From positions 62,124,001-62,188,000 of the forward strand of contig OX597815.1 in the NCBI GenBank assembly GCA_951406725.2: DNA of 64,000 bases, written 5' to 3'. Below, piece by piece: positions 14,825 through 29,183 of this stretch; the first letter of the stretch is position 1, and each line of letters starts with the position of its first letter. The DNA comes from Octopus vulgaris. Lineage: Eukaryota. The notes beneath the pieces were generated by a model, which saw only the letters and a program-made list of their open reading frames with translations, ran no database searches and was not told the DNA's origin. Made by a program: the position numbers and the translations under genes.

Positions 14825-14953
14825 TGTGTATATATATGCATGTATATATATATACATATATGCATATATGCATGTATATATATATTTGTATATATATATA
14901 TGCATGTGTATATATATGCATGTATATATATATATACATATATGCATATATGC

Positions 14954-15032
<79 letters not shown>

Positions 15033-15033
<1 letters not shown>

Positions 15034-15683
15034 TAGCAGTATAACCCGGCCTTGCCGGGATTAAGTTACGGTTATTAAGCTAATCATGTTCTTTATTTCA
15101 ATTCAAACTAAGTAATATAGACGTCAAATTTGGGCGAAATCCGTTGAAATTATTTATATTATATATATTATATATATTATAGATATATAATATAATATAA
15201 ATATATATGGGCAACAGACACGAACACACATACACACACGTACGTACGTACACCTATTGCATGTTTTGTGCACGCATACATGTTCATAAACAGAAATGAA
15301 TGGAAATAATGTTAAATTTGTAGATCAACACTCACACGATTTTCACTAAAGTATGTATACTATGATCATAAAATATATTGTCTTTCAAAAACAAAAAACA
15401 AAACATTTTACATTTTATTTTTTATGAACGTCATAACTTACTCTCTCTCTCTCTCTCCCTCTCTCACTTTGTCTTTCCCGTGAAACTCTCTGCCTCCTTC
15501 TTCCACCTTTCTTTATCTTATTTTTTTGTTAGACGCTTGCAAAAAAGCTAAGGCTGATATTTTTCGTGGCTAAAAGCTATGTCTGAAAATAGATATTTAC
15601 GCTACCCACGGGTGTTGACAAATGTTCTAAAATTTGAGCGACATGCGTGCTAATTTGTGGACGTGCATAAATTACAATCACGT

Positions 15684-15714
<31 letters not shown>

Positions 15715-15737
15715 CATCCTCCCTTTTATAGACATGA
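15033..15737 (-). mobile_element. Non-autonomous Helitron (family H1), left copy
   Basis: Minus strand: 5' TCATGTCTATAAAA, then GC hairpin cccggcaaggccggg, then CTAG|T. Homologous to 15854-20038. Confidence 0.75.
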
Positions 15738-16162
15738 TATATATATCAGACGGGAAAGAATCATCTTCTGCTGTCAGTGGATTATGTTTTCGAACGTATG
15801 TGGCGTGTAACTATATTCTATACAGCTAAAGTCTGAAGTTACCTACCTTCTAATCATATCTATAAAAGAGAGGATGTGTGTGCGTGTGTGTGTGTACATG
15901 ATTGTAATTTATGCACGTTCACAAATTCGCATTTCGCTTAAATTTTAGGAGAACATTTGTCAACATCCTATCTGTGTTTTGTCAACTTATTTTTTCCCCG
16001 AGGCACCCGTGGGCAGGGAAAAAACTATTTTCAGACATAGCTTTTAGCCACAAAAAATATCGGCCTTAACTTTTTTGCCAGCGTCTAACAAAAAATAAAT
16101 AAGATAAAGAAAAGTGGAAGAAGGAGGCAGAGAGTTTCACGAGAAAGCCAAAGTGAGAGAGG

Positions 16163-16211
<49 letters not shown>

Positions 16212-16765
16212 AGTTATGACGTTCATAAAAATAAAATGTAAAATGTTTTGTTTTTTGTTTTTGAAAGACCATATTTTATAATCATAGTATACATACTTTC
16301 TCACACAACAATTACAATATATTTATTTAAAATCATTTATTTATTTTAAATCATTCATCTTTCTCCCCCCTCTCTCTCTCACACACATTACTTTGGGTGC
16401 GAAAGTGTTTTGCTTTTATTTTACGCCGAGTAAAAAGTGTTTTGCTGACAATCCATTTATTTAACAACAAAGAAACAAAGAGGTGAGTAATAATTTGTCA
16501 GTGAATTACACCCCACCACACCCCACTCCGTTTCACGGACCACAAAAAGGGTTTTAAGGCCAGAGTAGTTTATTCCACGCAAAGAAAAAACAATTTTTTT
16601 TTCTTAGTGAAAATCGTGTGAGTGTTAATCTACAAACTTAACAACATTTTTTCCATTTATTTCTGTTTATGAACATGTATGCGTGCACAAAACATGCAAT
16701 AGGTGTACGTACGTACGTGTGTGTATGTGTGTTTGTGTCTGTTGCCCATATATATTTATATTATA

Positions 16766-17165
16766 CTAGCAGTATCGCCCGGCGTTGCTCGGGTTTGTAA
16801 GGGAAATAACTATATAAGCATTTTTAGAGAGTTATAGCCAAAAAATAGCAAAAAAAATGCATTAAAAATGGAAAAAAAATTAAGGTAAAATTTTTTTTTA
16901 AATCGTTGACACATCGTAGATATTTTTAGAGAGTTACTTCCCTTATATAATAGCGAAAAAAATGCATTAAAATGGATAAATATGATGGTAAATGTTTTTT
17001 AAATCGTAGACTCATCGTAGACGCACGCTAATACCCAGAAGGGCTCGATATGAACCACGACTATAAGATATCCGGTTTTGGTTACACTGCACCGCAAAAT
17101 GTGGGAGTAGTTAGGAATATAAATCGTAGGAGACAGACACACAACTTCACTTTTATATATAAAGA
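16766..17165 (-). mobile_element. 400-bp non-autonomous Helitron nested in H1
   Basis: A|TCTTTATATATAAAA ... cccgagcaacgccggg hairpin ... CTAG|T, with no target-site duplication. Confidence 0.85.
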
Positions 17166-17439
17166 TATAAGCCACGTAGTTATATACACATACTTTGTTA
17201 TATACACATTCTTAAAAGAAAATGTTATTTTGAACACAACATTTATAAAGAATAAAATATTTTTTGGTTTTTCTTTTAAACGGATGCATACATTTATTAA
17301 TAACTATATATAAGTGTCGTCTGTTTATACATAAGCACTGTTTCATACTGCAATTATATATACATATATCTATATATAATATTATATAATAAAATATATA
17401 CAGAATATGTGTATATATTTATGTATGTGTAAATATATA

Positions 17440-18269
17440 CTGAAAGAAGCTCGGCTCGCCAATTAATACTACCAAAATTTAATGACAGAAAGTAAAATAA
17501 AAACCAATTTACCTTTTCTGTATTGTTATAGCAATTCGACCGTCCGTGTGTCTTTGCAAATGTGTTGGAATGAGGAGTTGTGTTTGGCGCCTTTTTTACT
17601 TATAACAAACACACACGTGTTTGTATGTAGTTGTTTGAAACGTTTGTGTTTGTCACTGTCATATATGTATGTGTATGCGTGTGTGTGAGGAATGACACAC
17701 ACACACACTCACGCACGCACACATGTACATCAATGCTTTCGGAGTGAAATGTTAAAATATTGAGTTTTCTCGAATTTTGTCTTAATTGGGGGTAAAATTG
17801 AAAGAAATTTTGTATGGCATGACCCAATGGAAGTACTTTGAAAAATCATGGGTAAACTCTAATTGAAGAAATTGTGTGAGGAGTAAATCGTTATGTATTT
17901 ATTTGTTTCTGTTTGCTGTGTTTTTTTTTTAGTAGTGGTTTAGTTTCACTTTAATCGTTGCAAACTTGCAAAGAGAAAGCCGTAGAAATTAGAGTGATAG
18001 CGTCAGTGAATCAGATCGCTCCCTTTTTGTGTGTGTGTGTGTGTGCGTGTGCTCTAGCCCACACTAAGAAAAGCACTTGACTTACACACCACAATGTGAG
18101 TTTTCTCTAAATTTTGCTTAATTGGGGTTGAAATTTTAAAAACTGGACCTGGCACGACCCGATGCATTCTACTCTTAAAAATGCTAGGTAAATTGTAATT
18201 GAAGAAATCCTATATTGTAGATTTCTATAAGAGACAAAGGGAGGCAGATATAAAATCTGCCTTTTATAG
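17440..18269 (-). mobile_element. Probable third Helitron-like element with an internal ~110-bp direct repeat
   Basis: The minus-strand start ctataaaaggcagattttatatctgcc resembles the other Helitron 5' ends. 17761-17870 is similar to 18097-18208. The 3' end is degenerate. Confidence 0.4.
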
Positions 18270-19860
18270 CCCTGTAGTCTCCCGCCTCCCTTTTCCCCTC
18301 ACTTACCACCCCACGACCCTACGTCTCCAACGCACCATTCTTCGAGCTTTCCGTCGTCTCCAGTCCGACCCGTCCACTTCACACCTCTTCCCTAACCGAC
18401 CCCTCCCCTCTTTCAAACGAGCCCACAACCTTCGAGACCTTTTGGTCCATAGCTCCTTCCCTGACCCTACCTCCCAACCCGGCTCGTTCCCCTGCTCCCG
18501 CCCACGTTGCCGCACTTGCCCTTACCTCTCCAACACCACCCGCCTCACTAGCACCTACCATCGACCCTATCCCATCATCCACTCCTTCACCTGCACCTCC
18601 AGCAATATTATCTATTGCATCTCTTGCTCTCTCTGCAATTCCTTGTACATCGGACAAACGGGACGCCGCTTGGCTGACCGGTTCGCGGAACACCTTCGTG
18701 ACATCCACCTTGCGAACGACACACCGGTCTCACGCCATTTCCGCTCCACCGGTCACTCCTTGCAACACCTATCTGTGTTCGGTTTGTCCTTACACAGAGG
18801 CCATCCGGATTCCCGTTTGCGCCGTGAACAGGAATTAATCTTCTCTCTTCGCTCTTATACGCCATTTGGTCTCAACTCTCCCCCCTCCTCATCTAACCCC
18901 CTCTCCCCCTCCTCACCTATCCTTTCTCCCCCCGACCCCCACTTCTTCAGTCCTTCATCCTTTCACCCCTACTCCCCTTCCCTTGTTCCCTCTTTCTCCC
19001 TCCCTCTTCCCCTTCCCTCTGCTCCCTCACTCCCTCTCTCCCCTTCTCTCTCCCCCTCTCCCTCTTTCCTCCTTCATCCCTCTCCTCCCCTTCCTTCTCC
19101 CCATCCTCTCCTCTTCACCCTCCCCTCCCCCTCTTCTTCCCCTCCCCTTCTCCCCCTCTTCTCCCCTCCCCCTCTTCTCCTCACTACACCACATGACTTT
19201 ACACATCACATCACATATGATGTGCCATACTAATACACACACCAACTAATACATACTAATACGTACTAATACATACTAGTACATACTAATACTTACACCA
19301 ACCCTATACATACACACGTCCAGACCCCGCATACGCACTTATACTCTCTCACACACACACACACACACACCTATACATACCAATACGTACTAATACATAC
19401 TAATACATACTAATACATACACCAACCCCATACATACGCACGTCCAGACCAATCCCACGCACTGATACTCTCTCATACACACACACACACACACACACAC
19501 ACCCTTATACATACTAATACATACACCAACCCTATACATACACATCCAGACCCCTCCCACGCACTTTTAGCTGGTCCCTCAACCCTATTATCTCCCCTTA
19601 TTTCGCTCTCGCGTCTCATGTTTGATCTTTGACCTCTGGCCGAAATCAGATCGCCATGTTGATTCGTTAGCTACTGCACGCATTTTTTTCTCTCCTTCTT
19701 TCTGTGTTTTTCTCTCTCTGTGTATCTTTCTGTTGAAGAGCGTAGGCTCGAAACGTTAAAGACTTGTTTTATTTATATTTCCTGAGCGCCATACTAATAC
19801 AATTGTTCGTTTGTTTTCCACCTGCCTTCGTCTTTTGTTTATTTTCATAAAGCTTCCCGT

Positions 19861-19861
<1 letters not shown>
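18270..19861 (+). mobile_element. 5'-truncated Neptune-like Penelope copy (GIY-YIG + 3' UTR/pLTR)
   Basis: Near-identical to 30862-32431 and ends in (TA)n. Confidence 0.92.
19725..19762 (+). ncRNA. Minimal type I hammerhead ribozyme variant
   Basis: UCUUU-CUGUUGAA-GAGC(GUAG)GCUC-GAAAC-GUU-AAAGA. Stem I is UCUUU/AAAGA; stem III is reduced to palindromic ACGU. Confidence 0.72.
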
Positions 19862-19891
<30 letters not shown>

Positions 19892-20379
19892 TATAACATA
19901 TATATAGATAATATAACTAATTTCAACGGATTTCGCCCAAATTTGACGTCTATATTACTTAGTTTGGTTTGAAAGAAAGAACTTGATTAGCTTAATAATC
20001 GTAACTTAATCCCGGGCAAGGCCGGGTTATACTGCTAGTCAACTTATATAATTCAGTGAATATAATCGTTTTCTTTTCGGCACCATCTTCTGTTATTTTC
20101 ATCGCCGTTCTGTTGCCAAAGTCTGAGATACAACGAATTTCTTTACAACTTAACAAGAGATCTCAAGATTTTGGCTGTAGTGAAAAGAATCGATTTCACG
20201 TTTCAGAAAATATCGCATCAATATGAGAATGAATAAAGTAGAAGAAATTTGGCGGCTTTGGATTCTTGGAATGTTTCTTTCATATTATTTTTTTATATTT
20301 CTGTAATTGTAAATTTACGGTTCAAGATCAGTTATCGTTTTAGGGAGAAAATCGATGTCAGTAGCTAGACCCACCAGAT

Positions 20380-22207
20380 GCTGTTACTAATATTTGTGAA
20401 CGAACAGTTTGTTTGACACACAAGCTAACAAAAATAGTTATACTGAGAAAGTGTGAAAGACTTGCAGGCAAACAAATCCAAAGAAATTCCCTAAACTAAA
20501 GGAATAGGCCTTTGTAGATTTAGAAAACACGAAAAGCGATTGGTTGTTTAGTTCTATGATGATGTATTGCAGATCGTCTTTGATAAATCCTTATATAGCG
20601 ATCACAAACATATCAAAGAAGAATGGATTTATTCATGAAGACCTGTGCTCATAATCATGGTGATTTTCTGTTAACAAACGAGCTAACCACTAATACTATT
20701 AATTTTAATCATTGCATCGTGTTTCTTTTTTTCTAAGTTCGCCAAAATTATATATCCCTTCCATTTCAACAACATTTTTGCAATGTATAAGTTTAAAAAG
20801 AATAGAAATTATGTTTTCACTATATTCTTCACTATAAAAGTAAAATTTCATTTCCAAAAGATTAATATGGATCAACTAACTGAGAAAAGGATAGAAAAAA
20901 AGTACAAAACTCCTATTTTGAATGTAGGAACTTAGAGAATCAAATGTAATGCAAAGCCAAGCAAAACACTGAGGGTCTTGAGTCCGTACAATGTTCTTTG
21001 ATTTTTAATCTTATTGAAAACTCTCAACGCAACATGTGTGCAATTTCTTGGAATAATTTCGCTGCTGCGGTGATATTTGATTTATTACCATTTGTTATAC
21101 GATGACAGTCAGAAAGGGAATTTATCGGCCCCTCTTGTGAGTTAGGTAACGAGAAACATTAATAACTTCTGTTCTTAAACTGCTTACTTATACTCAATAG
21201 CTCCTACAGCATTCACTTCTGGGGGTGCAGATTCTTTTGATGGCAAACTTTGAGACATATTATGCATTTTTCTAGTTATAGAAATATAATTATATACTTC
21301 TAGTTTTGTGGTTTATAGAGTGTTTGTCTATCATGTTCTGGTACAAACTTCAGCATCATTTATTATGGTTGGCACTGAAAATAGGGTTATAATACATCAG
21401 TCACTTTTGCTATTGAAATAAGGTTTTAACATTTAATATGGGTTCTCAAACTATTCATTTCTCATTCGTAGTGGCACAGTTTTTACACGACGCAAGTTTT
21501 CTTTCTCTTTTGATCATATAATGAAAAAAATTACAATTCACTAGATCCTATATTTTCTTGCTCCAACTAGTTGCAAATTATATTACTGACATGCCGTTCT
21601 ACCTTTTAGAAGTTTTTCAGTCCACATAACTTGTTAATATCTTTGAGAAACTGCTTGGCAAACCTGAAAAAGACAATCAGTTTGGATAGAATTTTTTGCA
21701 TATAATTTTAATGTATCCACAAAGAAGAGCTGGTGGGTGCTTCTGGTTCTTTTTTAAAAATTAAATTCAAATTATCTCTTTCTTAACTGATTCAAGACAA
21801 GAAGTACAATGGCTTTGTATTCAATCTCCCTGGAGATAATCTCCGGACAAAATCATGTAAATCGGAGCATAGGACTACAGGATAGATTGTTATCGGAAGA
21901 ATTGTTTGCCATTCTTTATTTTTCGTTTAAAGAAATTCACCATAATGTCATTAGTAGTGGTACGAAAAAATTCTCTTTGCATAATTTCGCATCACCCATT
22001 ACCATATTATTTATAAAGAACTGCCTCATTGTTCCACAGACTTGAGCAAGTTTTCTTCCACTTTACAGAAATAACATTTTTTATTTACAATTAGATGTTC
22101 AATCAAGTTGTTTAATAATATTTGAAGAGCAGTTAATAAATTATCGGTTGGCAAATCATGGGGCCGTAAATAGATAGGTCATATGTTTGTTCTCTCTAAG
22201 GGGTTAA
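20380..22207 (-). mobile_element. Highly decayed piggyBac-like remnant
   Basis: TTAA|CCC terminus at 22200-22207(-), plus faint transposase-like peptides (CGTMR; a KP..D.NK-like stretch). Confidence 0.3.
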
Positions 22208-22444
22208 AGATGTCCCGGTTAAAAGTCATGTAAGTACTTGATTTCTGTATAAGTCAGCAGGTTATTACAGACTGACGTTATCTGGTTTTGCAGAGCATCA
22301 ATTTATGACTGCACAAGAATTCCAGTGATGTCAAATCCTGCTGAGGTCTACTTTGCTTTCATTTTTTTGAGTTGATGTAATAAATTAAGTCATATTCCGG
22401 GTCCTTGACTGAGATGAGACATATTTCAGCAATTCTTTTATTCA

Positions 22445-22835
22445 TTCTTTTGTTTCAGTCATTTGACTGCAGCCATGCTGAGGCACCCCCTTTAGTCAAA
22501 GAAATCGACCCCAGAACTTATTCTTTGTAAGCCTAGTACTTATTCTATCGGCATCTTTTGCCGAACCACTAAGTTATGGGGACGTAAACACACCAACATC
22601 GGTTGTCAAGTGATGGTGAAGGGACAAACACAAACACAAAGACACACTCACATAAATGTATACATATACATGCATATACGACGGGTTTCCTTTACTTTCC
22701 GCCTACCAAATCCACTCACATGGCTTTGGTTGGCTCGAGGCAATATTAGAAGACATTTTTCCAATGTGCCACGCAGTGAGACTGAAGCCACAACCATATG
22801 GTTAGAAAGCAAGCTTCTTACCACACAGCCACATC
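22445..22835 (-). mobile_element. SINE family A copy
   Basis: Similar to 4843-5246. Confidence 0.8.
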
Positions 22836-22864
22836 TGCACTCGTTTCTTTCGCAAATTTTCTTT

Positions 22865-22895
<31 letters not shown>

Positions 22896-23511
22896 CTCTT
22901 TCTCTTTTTTCTCAGATTTGGATGAATTTTCTGTGTCAATTCGTTCCAACTAATTCGAAGAGAGGTGAGAAATTTCTATGTTTTTTTTATATTTGTCAAT
23001 TGCTCGAAAAAAAAAAAGACAAGCAAAAACAAAACAAAACAAAAAATAAACAAACAAGAGGCAACACTTTATTTTAACTTCACCCAACATTGAATGCTAA
23101 ATGCTCCGTCCACGCAAAGCAGCAGAAACCTTGAAAGCTGCACAGGAAACAATGAAAAAAGAAAATCGAGAAAAATGTTATAAAACAAAACACTAATATT
23201 TTGGAATAAAATTAAGGAAGATTTTGTGTTTTTTTAATACAAATGAAAGACTGGCGGATTGTCATGGAAACACGTTTGGTAGGGTGTGTTATGAGGGAGT
23301 TGTATCCTTGCTGAAGGAATATATTCATAATGGCAAGGCGAAAGTTGTCATATAAACATATGACAACTTGCCTGAAGAGGCAAAAAGAAATCACTTTTCT
23401 TATTGAAAAGATTAGGGAGCCGTTAGAGCAGCTGTAACTGAGGAACTTGAAATAGCATAGTGGGTAACTCTTCTATATCAAGAAATACACCGCAACACAC
23501 TCACTCACTCA

Positions 23512-23578
<67 letters not shown>

Positions 23579-24815
23579 GCGCGCGCGTGCACACACACAC
23601 ATTCAGAAATACATATATTGCAATCATACTACTGAAAAATCTTTTGATAGCATTTGCTTAATATTTCTTTTCTGTCTCCTGATTATCTTGTTTTCTCTTC
23701 CCATCTGGTCAAATAACTACCACACTGACCGCAGTAAAACTTCTAACATAAACATTTCCTCATTTTATTTCTAACACTCTTATTCGCTCCTTGTTTATTA
23801 TACCAGGCAGTGTGATCGACACCTTATCCTTCCACTCACTTCCATTTTACTTCTACTGTCTCTGACGCAGCCTCTATTTTTCATTTGATAGTTTCTTACA
23901 TCCACTGCACCTTATCAACCTGACAGCAAATAAACACATAATGCTAATTATTATATGTAAATGTTTGTCGAAAGCTTTTGCTTTGTGGATTTTGTCGCTT
24001 CTTGATAACAGAGAACATGACATCAACTACAAAGTGCCGTTTCTGAAACAAAGTTACATCAAATTCTAAGACTTCTTTTAGACAGGATATATTTTGTTAG
24101 AAAGGCAGTAGTTTAATCTTGGTGGATGTGACGAAATATAACATAGAGGTATTTCTCAAGGAAGAATATTATTGTAACCCATGAAAATAATTCCATACGT
24201 TTGTCATTGCTACTAGAATAACACAATCAGGTGAGAATAACGTTAATTCCTCAACTAAAGGCTGAATCACTAAAAAAGCATAAGTTGCACAGTCTCGGAC
24301 GGACTGTAAAAGCTATGGGCGCGGACCTATCCTTGAGGTGAAACTGATAAAGCAAGCATAGTGCATAGCACTGCAAAAATGCGCAGAGTTAGACACAGAA
24401 TAACTCAAATGCCATCATATTCACACGTACGTAATCATACAGATCAACACAAACACATATATAACCTAACACAACCACAAATACAGGCATTCATATACAC
24501 AACCATACACATACACAAACATATATCGCCACATGTAAAAGGAACAAATATTATACACGCACACATACTCACACGCAGATACACGCACATACACGCATAA
24601 ACACGGACATACACATACTATATCAAATATTTCTTCCCACAAAACTAACAACATAAAATGTACATCGATGGAATTTCACGTAAGATAGTTAGTCACGCTC
24701 GGTATAATAGTAGTACACATACAAACACACACGCATAAACACATACACACACACACAAGCACAGATACACATGCACACACACCGATGAGCAAACACATAC
24801 GTATGTACATATGTT

Positions 24816-24858
<43 letters not shown>

Positions 24859-25008
24859 CACACATATGTAGTAAGTATATACATGAGCATATCTAACCGT
24901 AAATATATATACGTATATGTATATGTATATATACATATGTACGAATATATATATGTATATTTGTACACTTACATACAAACATACGTATATACATACATAA
25001 ATACATAC

Positions 25009-25073
<65 letters not shown>

Positions 25074-25232
25074 TCTCATATACGTATGAATCAATCGATA
25101 AAGCACGTTGCTTCCAAAGAAAACTAAAACTAAAATACCCAAAAGCACACGCTAACCTACCCATGCACACACTCATGGTTGCATGGGTGTGTGGGTGTAT
25201 CTGTATATATATATAAATATATATATATATAC

Positions 25233-25294
<62 letters not shown>

Positions 25295-25523
25295 GTATGT
25301 ATGTATATATATGCATATATATATGCATATATACATATATGTATATATATATATATAAATATATATATATACGCATAAATACATATATGCATATATATAT
25401 ATATATGTGTGTGTATTTATGTGCTTGTGTTCATATATTTCTATATGCATACGTATGCATACATATATATGTGTGTGTATGCATTCATGTATGCATATGT
25501 ACGTATGTATGTTTGTTTATATG

Positions 25524-25584
<61 letters not shown>

Positions 25585-25728
25585 CATCGATATAAAAATG
25601 TATTTTCATAAATCTATACATTCATACGTACATGAATACACACAACGTATAGTGTGTGTGTGCGTATGTATATATATATATATATACACACACATGCACA
25701 CATATACATTTGCGTACATATGTATCTA

Positions 25729-25776
<48 letters not shown>

Positions 25777-25879
25777 GCCTGTATGGAATCTAACCGAAAA
25801 AGTGGAAAAACAAAACGAAAATACCGTAAACAATTTTATTAATAATAACGCGAGCTGAAGGAGACATCAAAGCAATTAA

Positions 25880-27260
25880 TAACAACACATTTATTATGGC
25901 GGCAGTGGAGGCGTCGATGGTGGTGGTGTTGACGGAGGTGGAGTGGAATGGAGTTGGTGGAGAGGAATGGAGGCGGTACAATTTCTAGAGTGAGTGCTGC
26001 TGCAAAAAGAATATAACAAAATCATCATCATCATCATCATCATCTTCATCATTACCACCACCTCCACCACCACCACCACCACCACCACCACCACCAATAC
26101 TACCACCACCACCATCATCAATATCATCATAACCAGCTTCTTGGTCGCTGTTATCCTTCTTACCAACGCGGACAAAGCCACCTCCCACCACTATCAGCAA
26201 CATCATTTTCGTGAGTGCTAACGAGAAGAACAACAATAGCAATAGCAAAAAAAACTTCAAGTGAAAGAACAACGACCAGCTGCAGCAACAGTAACTGGAA
26301 TAACAACTATATTAACAGTCACAGCAACAACAATAAACCGACTGGAACGGTATCCTCATCATCGCCACCACTATCTCAACGATCACTACTACCATCATGT
26401 CCACCACCATGTCCACCACCACCACCACCATCAGCAGTCCGATCACTGTCACTATCTCCCTTTTCACCACAACCAGCAACGAAATAATACATCTATAATG
26501 AAATATAACATCATCATCAACATCAGCAACAACAACAAGATGGACGCCGTTAAATACAATAAGGACAATAATAACTGCATTCGAAATAACAACAACGACA
26601 AGAACAAGAATAACAAAACAATAAGAGGAACAACAACAAAGAATAGGGCAATGTCAGCAACAATAAACGTAGCAACAGAAGAGCAACAATACAAATATAA
26701 CAAGTAGAAAATGATGATGATGATGATGATGATGATGATTGTGGTGGTGATGATGAAGAGAAAAGAGGAAGGGCTACAACAGTAACAACAACACCACTAC
26801 GTAGAGTAATAATGGCAACAATATTAAAGACAACATAAATAGCAGCAATATAACAACACTAACAACAGACAAGCAAGAAAAGACATCAATAAAATCAACG
26901 GAAACAACAACAAGAAAAAAAACAGCAACAACAACAACGAAGACAAGATTATAATCAACTGCATTAACGGCAACAACAACAACAACAACATTGACAATAA
27001 TGATGACAACAACTACAAAAGACAAACATCAATAGAAGAAACGGCAATAAAAACAACAATAACATCAAATTCATCAATAATAACAAAAACAATAACGATC
27101 ATACATACAACAAGACTAACCGCAACAAGAACAACAATAACAGACGTAACAAATACCATAACAACACCACCACCACCACAACAACAACGACGATGACTAT
27201 AAAAACAATACCAATAACAACAATATTAACAACAACAATCATCATAAAAACAAGATCATT
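25880..27260. repeat. Degenerate compound trinucleotide tract (CAC/CAT/AAC/GAT)
   Basis: Seen directly. Confidence 0.85.
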
Positions 27261-27397
27261 GAGTGACAGACAGAGGTTACTTTAGGATATAAAGAGGCAA
27301 TTAACTCTTTCTTTCCCTCTCTGCTTCTCACTCGTTCTTCTATCTCGCTCTCTCTCTCTCTATTCTCTCATTTCTATCTTTCCTTCATACACTCTGT

Positions 27398-27454
<57 letters not shown>

Positions 27455-28237
27455 TGTTTCTCCTTTCGTTTGTTTTTATTTTATTTATCTTCACGTTATT
27501 TTTTATTTATTAATATTATATATATGTCTATATATTTTTTTTTTTACTTATTTTAACCTAAAACTCTTTAAAAATAAATGGATTCCTGCAGAATAGTAAA
27601 AGTCGGAATGATGAAAGCAAAATAAGGTAAGCTGTGTCTGTGTGCGTGCGCGGGCGCGCGGTTGTTAGTGTGTATGCTTATGTGTGTGTATGATTGTGTG
27701 CATATGTGTGTGTGTGTATGTGTGTATGTGTGCGTGCGCCAGCGTGAGCAATTATAATTATACGTGAGTAAATATACGTGTGCATATATACATGAGGATC
27801 TCTCTCTCTCTTTCTCTGTCTGTCTGTCTGTCTGTCTGTCTCTCACTATATATATATATATATACACACGCATGTATATAAGAATTCATATATTGCATGT
27901 ATTTATATATGATGTATATATATATATATATATATGTATAGCTGTGTACTTGTGAATTTATGCATATGTATATACGAGCGTGCATAAATATACATATATA
28001 TACATACATACATACATACATAAATATAAATATAAATGCATGTGTGTGTGTGTGTATATATATAAAGAAGTGCTTGGTGCGTGTACACATTTACGCACAC
28101 ATAAACATATGCCATTTGGAAAGATGGTGAAAAGTTTACCCTAACATATTTCTATACATAAATACTCATGCACACACATATATGTATATGTGCATATATA
28201 TGTATATCAGTGTGTGTGTGTGCATCTGTACATATTA

Positions 28238-28305
<68 letters not shown>

Positions 28306-28310
28306 TTGTG

Positions 28311-28347
<37 letters not shown>

Positions 28348-28350
28348 TAT

Positions 28351-28393
<43 letters not shown>

Positions 28394-28396
28394 TAT

Positions 28397-28435
<39 letters not shown>

Positions 28436-28438
<3 letters not shown>

Positions 28439-29183
28439 CATAAGGGACATTAGCCAACTGAATATGGCTAGGGACAGGGCAGGGTGGTGGGGGTGTCACT
28501 GTTGCATTTAGCCCCAGGCGAACATCAACGTCACCAGATAGGCCGACGCCATCACGGCGTCCTCTATCTTGCAAAGGGAGATCATTACCCAAGAAGCGGA
28601 TGCCACATACGGACCTAGGTTTCAAGGTGTATTGCCTATTATCAACGTGCAAGATAGAGGACGCCGTGATGGCGTCGGCCTATCTGGTGACGTTGATGTT
28701 CGCCTGGGGCTAAATGCAACAGTGACACCCCCACCACCCTGCCCTGTCCCTAGCCATATTCAGTTGGCTAATGTCCCTTATGTTATGGAGCAGTCACTGT
28801 CTATATCTCATTTAGAGAATTATTATTGCTGTCGAACACATTTTCGAAATCAGTAAATGTATTTACTTGAAAATCTTTATATATATCTTGCACGGTGAGT
28901 TGTTCGTCGAGAAGCGGTGCCTACCATACGTTGATAATAGGCAATACACCTTGAAACCTAGGCCCGTATGTGGCATCCGCTTCTTGGGGAATGATCTCCC
29001 TTTGCAAGATAGAGGACGCCGTGATGGCGTCGGCCTATCTGGTGACGTTGATGTTCGCCTGGGGCTAAATGCAACAGTGACACCCCCACCACCCTGCCCT
29101 GTCCCTAGCCATATTCAGTTGGCTAATGTCCCTTATGTTATGGAGCAGTCACTGTCTATATCTCATTTAGAGAATTATTATTG

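Larger units (their letters stand above)
15854..20038 (+). mobile_element. Non-autonomous Helitron H1, right copy, carrying nested insertions
   Basis: A|TCATATCTATAAAA at 15854; hairpin cccgggcaaggccggg and CTAG|T at 20011-20039. Own sequence is about 15854-16765 plus 19862-20038. Confidence 0.75.

Noticed and set aside
18199-19233. Stand-alone 344-aa GIY-YIG gene
   Set aside because: The start is a TTG in unrelated flanking repeat; the ORF is a chance fusion to a 5'-truncated Penelope copy.
15033-20038. A single 5-kb TIR/foldback transposon
   Set aside because: Each arm has its own Helitron-type TC start and hairpin-CTAG end, and I see no TSD.
26215-26707. His-rich, Asn-rich and Pro-rich ORFs
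   Set aside because: They lie in a degenerate trinucleotide tract that is open in several frames, with no convincing splice context.
29039-29060. Split hammerhead (CTGGTGA opposite CGAAA at 28845) in the 355-nt rod
   Set aside because: The stem II closing pair is C-C, and no U-H cleavage site follows a valid stem III.
29099-29112. Twister-like loop GTCCCTAGCC within the 355-nt unit
   Set aside because: It resembles the twister L4 motif, but the partner GAGGG strand and the P2 helix could not be found.
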